Made by a program: the position numbers and the translations under genes
Origin: a bacterium
Lineage (GTDB): Bacteria; Patescibacteriota; Saccharimonadia; Saccharimonadales; UBA4665
Reading direction: 5' to 3'
Length of the DNA stretch: 64,000 bases
Assembly: GCA_021850365.1 (NCBI GenBank)
Contig: JAJZMH010000021.1
Coordinates: forward strand, 7,785 to 71,784
Notes under the pieces: model-generated
Seen by the model: only the letters and a program-made list of their open reading frames with translations
The model's database searches: none
What the model was told of the DNA's origin: nothing
Part shown: positions 56,540-64,000 of the stretch, piece by piece
How the letters are laid out: each line of letters starts with the position of its first letter
How positions within the stretch are numbered: the first letter of the stretch is position 1

Positions 56540-56544
56540 TAAAT

Positions 56545-57213
56545 ATGCCAAAAATATCATCATTAAAACAAAACCAAATCGATAAGGACTTAAGAGTTAT
56601 TGTGATTTGGATAGGAATTGCAACCTTTATAGTTTTATTCTGTCTCATTTCTGGCTATTCAATATATAAGGTTTTTGCTTATCAAAATAGGGTACTATCA
56701 GCAAATAATATAGCTTTCTCGAAATTAAAGAATGACCAAAGAGCTGAAAATAATCTAGTAAGATCCTATCAGAATTTTAATAATACCGGAGTAAATTTAA
56801 TTGGAGGACAAACTTTATCCGATACTCAAAATAATGGAAATAATGCCAAAATTATTTTAGATGCTTTACCTAGTGCATTAGATTATCCTGCATTGTTGTC
56901 AAGCGTTCAAAGTTTACTGAGTTCAGAAAGTGTTACTATCAATAGTATCACTGGTACAGGTGGACAATCATCATCAGGAGGTACTAACCTAAATAGTTCA
57001 TCACCTCAAAGTTTAACGTTTTCATTTTCGGTTAGCGGCGCATATTCAAATATTCAAAATGTGATTACTACTTTTGAAAAATCTATCCGTCCAATGCAAT
57101 TTCAGTCTATTGATTTATCAGGGAATCAATCTAGTATGAGTTTAACTGCAACAGTTCAAACTTATTATCAACCAGCAATCGGATTTAACGTAAGTACGGA
57201 GAATTTGGAATGA
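56545..57213 (+). CDS. pilO: PilO-like pilus assembly protein
   Basis: It is a single-TM bitopic protein in the PilO position. Sequence evidence is weak. Confidence 0.45.
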   Translation: MPKISSLKQNQIDKDLRVIVIWIGIATFIVLFCLISGYSIYKVFAYQNRVLSANNIAFSKLKNDQRAENNLVRSYQNFNNTGVNLIGGQTLSDTQNNGNNAKIILDALPSALDYPALLSSVQSLLSSESVTINSITGTGGQSSSGGTNLNSSSPQSLTFSFSVSGAYSNIQNVITTFEKSIRPMQFQSIDLSGNQSSMSLTATVQTYYQPAIGFNVSTENLE

Positions 57214-57464
57214 AACAAAAAGATATGCTAACTATTATTGTAACTGCAATTGTAGCAATTGTTGCTGCAATAATTTTATCTAAGTATTTATTTTCATCCA
57301 ATTCATCGTCTCTAAACGAACCGGTTTATGTGGTTCCTAGCATAAGTGATAATTTTCCGATTCCATCAAATAAGTACTTTAATAGTCAATCAATTGATCC
57401 TACTCAAATTATTAATATAGCACCTGGAAATAACCAAAACATATTCAATAATAGTGGTAATTAA
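57210..57464 (+). CDS. Small single-TM protein in the PilP position
   Basis: It overlaps the pilO-like gene by ATGA and has one TM helix. No lipobox is present. Confidence 0.35.
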   Translation: MKQKDMLTIIVTAIVAIVAAIILSKYLFSSNSSSLNEPVYVVPSISDNFPIPSNKYFNSQSIDPTQIINIAPGNNQNIFNNSGN

Positions 57465-57484
57465 CAAATTAAAATAAATAGGTA

Positions 57485-59272
57485 ATGAATATATTATCTG
57501 AAGATATCCAACAAAAAATAGAAGAATCATTGGTTAATGATGGAGTATTAAATTCCGATCAAGTTAGTGAAGCTCATCAAAAATCAGAATCTTCAGGCCA
57601 ACCCTTTTTATCGGTTTTGGTTGAGGAGCATTATATAGATAATGAGCAATTAACTAAATATTCGGCTCTTGCAAACGATTTACCATATGTAAATCTGAAG
57701 GATGCCTATATTGATCAAAAATATTTAGACTTACTGCCCAAGGATATAGCAGAACATTATATGGCAGTTCCGCTTGGTGAAATGGGAAATAGAATGGCTA
57801 TTGCTATGCTTGATGCATCTAACTTACAGGCTATAGATTTTTTGTCTAATAAAATAGGTAAACCACTTAAGGCATATGTTGCCTCTGAAGAGGGAATTAT
57901 TAATGTTTTAAAACAGTACAAGATTAAAATTGATGATCAAGGTATTCGAGACAGTGAGGATAATACTGACCAGAATGTACTAGAATCGTCCCTAGATGTT
58001 GGCTCAAATAAGCAAAGTATTCAAGATATTGTTCAAGATTCTCCTGTTTCCAAAGCTTTAAACAGTATTTTAGAGTATGCCGTAACTAATTTAGCTAGCG
58101 ATATTCATATTGAACCATATGAAACAGATTTAAAAATTAGGGTTAGGGTTGATGGGGTCTTAAGAGAAATAATGAAATTGCCCAAATCTGTTGAACCAGC
58201 TATTGTTTCAAGAATAAAGATTTTATCAAATCTAAAAATTGATGAACATAGAATACCTCAAGATGGAGAATTCAGTATTAATTTAAAAAACAGAAATGTT
58301 GATCTTAGGATTTCAATTTCACCTGTAGTTTGGGGAGAACAAATAGTTATGAGATTGCTCGATAAAACCGCCATCATTTTAAAATTAGAAGATATGGGAT
58401 ATAGGGGAAGGAGTTTAAATTACGTTCGGCAAGGACTAAAAGCAAGTAACGGAATGATCTTAACTTCAGGTCCTACCGGATCTGGAAAATCGACTTCAAT
58501 GTATGCAATGCTCCAGGAAGTTAAAAATGATACCGTTAATATTGTCACTCTTGAGGACCCCGTTGAATACAAGATGGATGGAGTAAATCAGATCCAAGTC
58601 AATAATGACGTGGGTTTAACTTTTTCATCTGGTTTAAGATCTATTTTGAGACAGGACCCAGATATAGTTATGGTTGGGGAAATTAGAGATAAAGAAACCG
58701 CAGAGTTAGCTATTCAGGCTGCTCTAACTGGACATTTGGTATTTTCAACCCTGCATACAAATTCAGCAGCAGGTATCTTACCTAGACTTTTGGATATGGG
58801 AATAGAGCCGTTCTTAATAGCATCTACAATTCGTGTGGTAATTGGACAACGATTAGTTAGAAGAGTATCCGAAGAAAATATTAAATATAGTTCTTCTCCA
58901 ACTGAAACGGCTGCAATTATTAAAACTGTTGGTCGACTTTTGCCCAAGAACCAAGCAGATATAGCAAGATATGAAAAAGTATTGGGTTACAACTTACCTC
59001 TTGCCAATCAAAAAGAATATCAATTAGTTAAAGGTAAGGATAGTCCTGGATCCCCAGGTGGATATAAAGGCAGAATTGGAATATTCGAAGCTTTTGAGAT
59101 TACTCCTAATATCCAGAATTTAATTTTAAAACGGTCAACATCTGATCAAATAGAACAGATGGCTAGAAAAGAAGGTATGGTTACAATGAGAGAAGATGGC
59201 TACTTCAAGGCTTTATCAGGACTAACTACAATTTCAGAAATTGATCGAGTATCTTCCGGAGATTTTGATTAA
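57485..59272 (+). CDS. pilB: Type IV pilus extension ATPase PilB/GspE family
   Basis: It has an N-terminal GSPII_E-N domain. The ATPase motifs are Walker A 'GPTGSGKST', 'VGEIRD' and the His box 'TGHLVFSTLHTN'. The tetracysteine motif positions read SEEN and SPGS. Confidence 0.9.
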   Translation: MNILSEDIQQKIEESLVNDGVLNSDQVSEAHQKSESSGQPFLSVLVEEHYIDNEQLTKYSALANDLPYVNLKDAYIDQKYLDLLPKDIAEHYMAVPLGEMGNRMAIAMLDASNLQAIDFLSNKIGKPLKAYVASEEGIINVLKQYKIKIDDQGIRDSEDNTDQNVLESSLDVGSNKQSIQDIVQDSPVSKALNSILEYAVTNLASDIHIEPYETDLKIRVRVDGVLREIMKLPKSVEPAIVSRIKILSNLKIDEHRIPQDGEFSINLKNRNVDLRISISPVVWGEQIVMRLLDKTAIILKLEDMGYRGRSLNYVRQGLKASNGMILTSGPTGSGKSTSMYAMLQEVKNDTVNIVTLEDPVEYKMDGVNQIQVNNDVGLTFSSGLRSILRQDPDIVMVGEIRDKETAELAIQAALTGHLVFSTLHTNSAAGILPRLLDMGIEPFLIASTIRVVIGQRLVRRVSEENIKYSSSPTETAAIIKTVGRLLPKNQADIARYEKVLGYNLPLANQKEYQLVKGKDSPGSPGGYKGRIGIFEAFEITPNIQNLILKRSTSDQIEQMARKEGMVTMREDGYFKALSGLTTISEIDRVSSGDFD

Positions 59273-59319
59273 ATGATATTATTATACATAAGCAAGATAA
59301 ATAAAGGTGGGGAATAACA

Positions 59320-60387
59320 ATGGATTCAAAAGTCAAAATAGAAACATTACTAGAAGAAGTTATTAAAAAGAAAGCTTCAGATTTACACATTCAAGTTGGA
59401 CTTCCTCCTATGCTTAGGATAGATAGTTCCTTGGTGCCAGTAACTGGCGCAACGGCATTAAATGAAGAAAGTGTTGAATCATTGGTTTTCTCAATACTAG
59501 ACAATGAACAAAAAGAAATACTTCTTAAGGATAAGGAATACGATTTTAGTTTTTCTTTTGGTAACTTAGGAAGATTTCGAGTTAATGCTTTTCATGAACG
59601 AGGAAATTTGGCAGCAGCTTTAAGATTAATTCCAAATCAGATTCCTTCTATCGATCAATTAGGTCTTCCTAATATAGTCAATAAATTTGCGGATTATCCA
59701 AGAGGTTTAGTTTTGGTTACTGGACCAACTGGATCGGGTAAGTCAACATCTTTGGCAGCCTTAATTAATAAAATAAATTTTGAGCAATCAAAGCATATTA
59801 TTACAGTAGAAGATCCAATTGAGTATACCCATAAATCTAAAAAATCGATTGTTGTTCAAAGAGAGGTTCATTACGACACATATTCATTTAGTGCGGCACT
59901 TAGATCTGCTCTACGAGAAGATCCTGATGTAGTACTTCTAGGAGAGATGAGGGATCTTGAAACGATTGCTAGTGCTATAACTATAGCTGAAACAGGACAC
60001 TTGGTTTTTGCCACTCTTCACACAAATTCAGCCAGCCAATCTATTGATCGTATGATAGATGTTTTTCCACCACACCAACAGTCTCAGATTAGATCTCAAC
60101 TAGCAAATATATTAATGGCTATTTGTTCCCAAAGATTAATCCCTTTAATTGGAGGAGGTAGAATTGCTGCTGCTGAAATATTAGTAGCAACTCCTGCAGT
60201 TAGGAATATTATTAGAGAAGGCAAGAGCCATCAATTAGAAGCCGTTATTCAAACGGGAGCTGAATTCGGCATGCAATCAATGGATCACACTCTAGTAGAT
60301 TTGGTTAAAAAAGGATCAATTACATATGATGAAGCTAAAAATTATGCCGTAGATTTAGACGAGCTTGATAGGTTAATGAGAGATTAA
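59320..60387 (+). CDS. pilT: Twitching motility (retraction) ATPase PilT
   Basis: It has 'GPTGSGKST', 'LGEMRD' and 'TGHLVFATLHTNSA', plus the PilT signature 'AVRNIIREGK'. Confidence 0.9.
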   Translation: MDSKVKIETLLEEVIKKKASDLHIQVGLPPMLRIDSSLVPVTGATALNEESVESLVFSILDNEQKEILLKDKEYDFSFSFGNLGRFRVNAFHERGNLAAALRLIPNQIPSIDQLGLPNIVNKFADYPRGLVLVTGPTGSGKSTSLAALINKINFEQSKHIITVEDPIEYTHKSKKSIVVQREVHYDTYSFSAALRSALREDPDVVLLGEMRDLETIASAITIAETGHLVFATLHTNSASQSIDRMIDVFPPHQQSQIRSQLANILMAICSQRLIPLIGGGRIAAAEILVATPAVRNIIREGKSHQLEAVIQTGAEFGMQSMDHTLVDLVKKGSITYDEAKNYAVDLDELDRLMRD

Positions 60388-60388
60388 A

Positions 60389-61633
60389 ATGAGTATTTAT
60401 AGTTATACTGCTAAAAACAATACCACAGGAGAAATAATTAATAATGAGATTGAGGCGGAAACTGAAACTAGTGCCATAAAGTCTATTAGGACTAGCGGTT
60501 ATGTGGTTCTTGATTTGAAGCTAAAAGAAAAAAAGGTGTTCAGTTTGTCCGACAAGACAACTTCTAATTCAAAAGCTAGAATTAAATCTAAAGATAAAGT
60601 CTTGTTTTTTAGACAATTATCTACCCTAATGAATGCTGGTCTGCCACTTGCACAAAGTCTGCGTAATGTTGGAGAGCAAACCACTAATAAACATCTTAAA
60701 ACAATTATTTTTAGTATCTTAACTGATATTGAAGGAGGTAATTCTTTTTCTTCTGCACTTAGTAAGTATCCAAAAGTTTTTACCCCTCTTATGATAAGTT
60801 TAGTTGCAGCTGGTGAAACTTCCGGGACTCTGGATAAATCATTAGATAGAATTGCAATGCAAACCGAAAAAGATGCAGATATTGTTAGTAAAATTAGAGG
60901 AGCTATGATTTACCCATTGATCGTTCTTTTGGTTATGATTGGGGTTGTTACTTTTATGCTTGTTAAGGTCTTACCTCAGGTTAACGTTTTGTATCAAGCT
61001 TTTCCTGGTCAGTCACTACCTATAGAAACTAGGATACTACTCGATATTTCTACCTTCATTATTAAGTATTGGTGGCTAGTAATAATTGCCGTTGTTTTGA
61101 TAATTTATGGATGGTTTAGATGGATTAGAACTGATGGTGGTAGGAGAACTTTTGATAGATTAAAACTTCAAACTCCCCCTTTTAACAAATTATTTCAAAA
61201 GGTATATATGTCTAGATTTTCTAGAACCGCATCTACATTAATTGGATCTGGTGTACCCCTGCTTCAAACACTTCAAATTACGGCTGATGCAGTTTCTAAT
61301 ACCCTAGTAAAAGAATCAATCCTAAAAGCATCAGAAAAAGTAAGGGTAGGAAAATCTTTAAGCGAATCATTAACCGGAGATCCTAACTTTTTACCCTTGG
61401 TTCCTAGTATGTTAAAAATTGGAGAGACTTCTGGATCAGTTGAACAAATGATGAATAAAACCGCAGATTATTATGAGAAAGAAGTAGATAATGAAATAAA
61501 AAATATCTCCACTTTAATAGAGCCTATTATGATGGTTGTACTAGGCTTAATTGCGCTTTTAATAGTTGCAGCCGTATTACTTCCAGTTTATGGACTAGCT
61601 GCATCAGGGGCAGTAAGTGGAGGAGGAGTCTAA
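60389..61633 (+). CDS. pilC: Type IV pilus platform protein PilC (GspF family)
   Basis: It has two GspF repeats ('FFRQLSTLMNAGLPL', 'FSRTASTLIGSGVPL') and three TM segments. Confidence 0.9.
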   Translation: MSIYSYTAKNNTTGEIINNEIEAETETSAIKSIRTSGYVVLDLKLKEKKVFSLSDKTTSNSKARIKSKDKVLFFRQLSTLMNAGLPLAQSLRNVGEQTTNKHLKTIIFSILTDIEGGNSFSSALSKYPKVFTPLMISLVAAGETSGTLDKSLDRIAMQTEKDADIVSKIRGAMIYPLIVLLVMIGVVTFMLVKVLPQVNVLYQAFPGQSLPIETRILLDISTFIIKYWWLVIIAVVLIIYGWFRWIRTDGGRRTFDRLKLQTPPFNKLFQKVYMSRFSRTASTLIGSGVPLLQTLQITADAVSNTLVKESILKASEKVRVGKSLSESLTGDPNFLPLVPSMLKIGETSGSVEQMMNKTADYYEKEVDNEIKNISTLIEPIMMVVLGLIALLIVAAVLLPVYGLAASGAVSGGGV

Positions 61634-61635
61634 AT

Positions 61636-61691
61636 ATAAGCATATTGATTTTTCAAAATAGATAATATACTCTAAATAGCATAAGCATATT
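61636..61691 (+). repeat. 11-bp direct repeat ATAAGCATATT (two copies, 45 bp apart) upstream of the major pilin gene
   Basis: Exact copies lie at 61636-61646 and 61681-61691 in the pilC-pilin intergenic region. Confidence 0.7.
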
Positions 61692-61717
61692 AAATAATAA
61701 GCAAAGGGGCACTTGCA

Positions 61718-62245
61718 ATGATACAAAGGCTTAAAACAAAACAAAAAGGATTCACCATAATAGAAGTAATGATAGTTCTAGCAATAGCTGGCTTGATACT
61801 ACTGATAGTATTTCTTGCTATTCCAGCACTTCAGAGGGCACAAAGGAATACAGGAAGGAAAGAAGATGCCGGTAGAATTGTAACTGCGGTTGGCAATTTT
61901 ATATCAAATGATGGTGGAACTTTACCTAATACAGGAACATGGAGCGGATCAAATGGAGCTTGTGTTAGCATTCTTAATGATTTAGGTAAATTAAATCAGG
62001 GTACTTGGACTTCATCAAATTGCACAACTAACAATCAAGGTCCGAATAATTTTGATTTAGAAAGTGGTTCTGTTACTGCCCAAAATCAAACTTCAGGATT
62101 TGAAGCTATTTTGGTTGTTAATGCTACTTGTACAAACGGTTCTTCTAATTCAACAACCGCGGGAAGTCCAAATCAGGCAGCATTGTTGTATGATCTAGAG
62201 ACCGGTAGTGGTAATTATAATTGGTCGTGCGTAACTGCTAATTAA
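61718..62245 (+). CDS. pilA: Type IV (major) pilin
   Basis: It has the class III signal 'KQKGFTIIEVMIVLAIAG' (G/F cleavage, Glu+5) and four Cys in the globular head. An AAAGGGG SD is present. Confidence 0.9.
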   Translation: MIQRLKTKQKGFTIIEVMIVLAIAGLILLIVFLAIPALQRAQRNTGRKEDAGRIVTAVGNFISNDGGTLPNTGTWSGSNGACVSILNDLGKLNQGTWTSSNCTTNNQGPNNFDLESGSVTAQNQTSGFEAILVVNATCTNGSSNSTTAGSPNQAALLYDLETGSGNYNWSCVTAN

Positions 62246-62253
62246 TAATTTTT

Positions 62254-63072
62254 GTGAGCATATTTTTAGCTACTTTTGTTTTAGGTTTAGGTTTTATCTT
62301 CGGTAGTTTTATAAATGCACTTGTTTACAGATTTAAATATAATTCTGTTAAAAAAAATATAACTAAATTAAGCATTGTTAATGGTAGAAGTATTTGTCCT
62401 AATTGCAAACATCAATTAGTAGCTTTAGATCTAATACCTTTACTCAGCTGGATTTATTTAAGGGGTAAATGTAGGTATTGCCATAAATCTATATCAATTC
62501 AATATCCATTGGTTGAATTAATAACAGCTCTATTATTCCTATTTTCCTTTATCTATTGGAAAAATGGTTTTAATCTTCTTGGTTATTTTCAATTAGGTAT
62601 ATGGTTGGTTATTTTAACTTTATTAATTACCTTAACAGTTTATGATATAAGATGGAAAATACTGCCTAGTAAAATTATTTATATAATATATCCATTAGTA
62701 ATATTAAATAACCTAATAGTTGTTTTTAGTTCTAGAAACTATAGTTTAATTTTAGGATATTTATTAGGATTTATTATATTAGGAGGTATATTCTATCTGT
62801 TATTTCAAGTATCTTTTGGAAAATGGATTGGAGGTGGGGACGTAAGGTTAGGATTTTTACTTGGTTTATTGGTTGGTGGGCCCTTGAATTCAATATTATT
62901 ACTATTTATTGGATCGATAGTTGGTACGTTTTTATCAATTCCTTTTATTTTAATTGGTAAATTAAAGAAAAAATCTACCATACCTTTTGGACCTTTTTTA
63001 GTTATAGGAGCAATTATAGTTTACTTCTTTGGAGCTCAAATAATTAACTGGTATAAATCTAGGCTTTATTAG
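62254..63072 (+). CDS. pilD: Prepilin peptidase PilD (A24 family)
   Basis: It has intact N-terminal Cys pairs 'CPNCKH...CRYCHK' and the catalytic 'GGGDVRLG'. It is polytopic. Confidence 0.9.
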   Translation: MSIFLATFVLGLGFIFGSFINALVYRFKYNSVKKNITKLSIVNGRSICPNCKHQLVALDLIPLLSWIYLRGKCRYCHKSISIQYPLVELITALLFLFSFIYWKNGFNLLGYFQLGIWLVILTLLITLTVYDIRWKILPSKIIYIIYPLVILNNLIVVFSSRNYSLILGYLLGFIILGGIFYLLFQVSFGKWIGGGDVRLGFLLGLLVGGPLNSILLLFIGSIVGTFLSIPFILIGKLKKKSTIPFGPFLVIGAIIVYFFGAQIINWYKSRLY

Positions 63073-63107
63073 TATTTGCTTATGCTATAATTAAGCTAAA
63101 TGGGAGG

Positions 63108-63950
63108 GTGATGAAAATAAATAGCCTCGGATTCACGATTATAGAAGAAATGATAGTCCTAGCAGTTACTGCGATTATTTTTTTTATGGCTACTGTATTT
63201 ATTCAAGGTAAAGAAGCATATAATCAGTTCCTGGTTTCTTTGAATAACACCGAAGCGCAATTAAATACAGACATTAACGATGTTAGAAGTGGTTCATATG
63301 TCTTTCCAAACAAAATTTCTTGCTCAGAAGGAACCGTAGGGTCACCTAGTGTACAGTACGGTGGTAATATACAATCAACTACTCAAGGAACTAATAAAGG
63401 TTGTATGTTCGTTGGAGATGCTATCAAACTTAACCCTACAAGTTTTGATAATTATCTAATTGTTGGAAATCAATTTCAGCAATCTACCTTAAACAATCCT
63501 AATCCAGTTCCTAATTATGGAATTAACGATTCGAATCCAATTTTAATATATGGGCCTGGAGTTGCTCCGGTAACTCAATATCTTGAAAATGGACTTACTT
63601 TAGTTTGTGCTAATTTTTCTACTAATCCGAGTGGTTGTAATTCATCGAGTCAAGAAACTGGAGGTATTATTTTAGGTATTAGTGGATCAATAAATCAACA
63701 ATCAGAAGTTAATATATATTCAGACCAAAACTCTTCATCTATTAATGATCTGAATTTTATAACGAATACAGACAATACCTTAAATGGTATAGCTCCTATT
63801 AATTCTTCTAGTAGCATTACCCCCAGCAGTATTGAGTTATGTTTTAAAGCCGGTGGTATCAATGATTCAGCTTTGTTTACAATTGGAGATAATAATTCAA
63901 CAAATGTAAGTTATAAAATATATTACGGAAGTGATAATTGCTCACAATGA
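63108..63950 (+). CDS. Minor pilin / pseudopilin (280 aa)
   Basis: It has the prepilin leader 'MMKINSLGFTIIEEMIVLAV' and a large Asn/Ser-rich domain with Cys pairs. The start is either GTG at 63108 or ATG at 63111. Confidence 0.75.
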   Translation: MMKINSLGFTIIEEMIVLAVTAIIFFMATVFIQGKEAYNQFLVSLNNTEAQLNTDINDVRSGSYVFPNKISCSEGTVGSPSVQYGGNIQSTTQGTNKGCMFVGDAIKLNPTSFDNYLIVGNQFQQSTLNNPNPVPNYGINDSNPILIYGPGVAPVTQYLENGLTLVCANFSTNPSGCNSSSQETGGIILGISGSINQQSEVNIYSDQNSSSINDLNFITNTDNTLNGIAPINSSSSITPSSIELCFKAGGINDSALFTIGDNNSTNVSYKIYYGSDNCSQ

Positions 63951-64000
63951 TCAATAAATTAAATCAGGTAGGGGATACAATCATTGAAGTAATGATTGCT
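63947..64000 (+). CDS. Further prepilin-like gene, 5' fragment (continues right of window)
   Basis: The ATG overlaps the previous stop (ATGA). It translates to 'MINKLNQVGDTIIEVMIA', a class III signal-like sequence with Glu at +5 after Gly. Confidence 0.55.
   Translation, partial: MINKLNQVGDTIIEVMIA

Noticed and set aside
1-64000. CRISPR arrays, rRNA genes, transposases/IS elements, prophage genes, toxin-antitoxin pairs and reverse transcriptase/DGR elements.
   Set aside because: I saw no regularly spaced repeats, no rRNA-like GC-rich structured stretches, and no ORFs with transposase, integrase, RT or capsid motifs. The pilin paralogues differ throughout, rather than showing an adenine-specific TR/VR pattern.

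Overview
The window is AT-rich (about one-third G+C by eye, not computed) and very gene-dense, with about 70 protein genes and many 1-20 nt gene overlaps. It uses the standard genetic code: TGA ends conserved genes such as argS. Gene content and style fit an ultra-small Patescibacteria/CPR genome, most like Saccharibacteria; this is an inference, and no rRNA is present to confirm it.

Most genes are housekeeping:
- Replication and repair: recF, dnaG, polA, holA, mutM, a family-4 UDG, ssb, ftsK.
- Transcription and translation: rpoD, valS, argS, tsaD, truB, tlyA, efp, ychF, rpsT, rpsO and rpsF-ssb-rpsR.
- RNA turnover: pnp, rnj, orn.
- Chaperones: groES/groEL behind a CIRCE operator, plus hsp20.
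- Cell wall: murE.
- RNA genes: four tRNAs (three tRNA-Ser isoacceptors and tRNA-Arg).

Two envelope machines stand out.
1. At 771-6977 there is a chromosomal, stripped-down type IV secretion-like module. It has a PrgI/VirB3-like gene and a VirB4 homologue split by one in-frame TAA. These genes are divergent from six tandem VirB2/TrbC-like pilin paralogues. No relaxase, coupling protein, VirB6/VirB8 or integrase is visible in the window. This is my best candidate for an under-described system.
2. At 54811-64000 there is a complete Gram-positive-style type IV pilus locus, in the order pilM-N-O-(small)-B-T-C-pilin-pilD-minor pilins, with no secretin.

Smaller oddities:
- DnaG and PilB have lost all four zinc-ligand residues.
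- EF-P has Arg32 at the loop tip.
- An NrnA/DHH-like protein has dead catalytic motifs and a long acidic tail.
- One protein fuses an XRE HTH domain to a HAD hydrolase.
- Some mRNAs are probably leaderless.
- The 8-mer CATAAGCA recurs in intergenic regions near pilus genes.

I saw no CRISPR array, rRNA, transposase or prophage genes.
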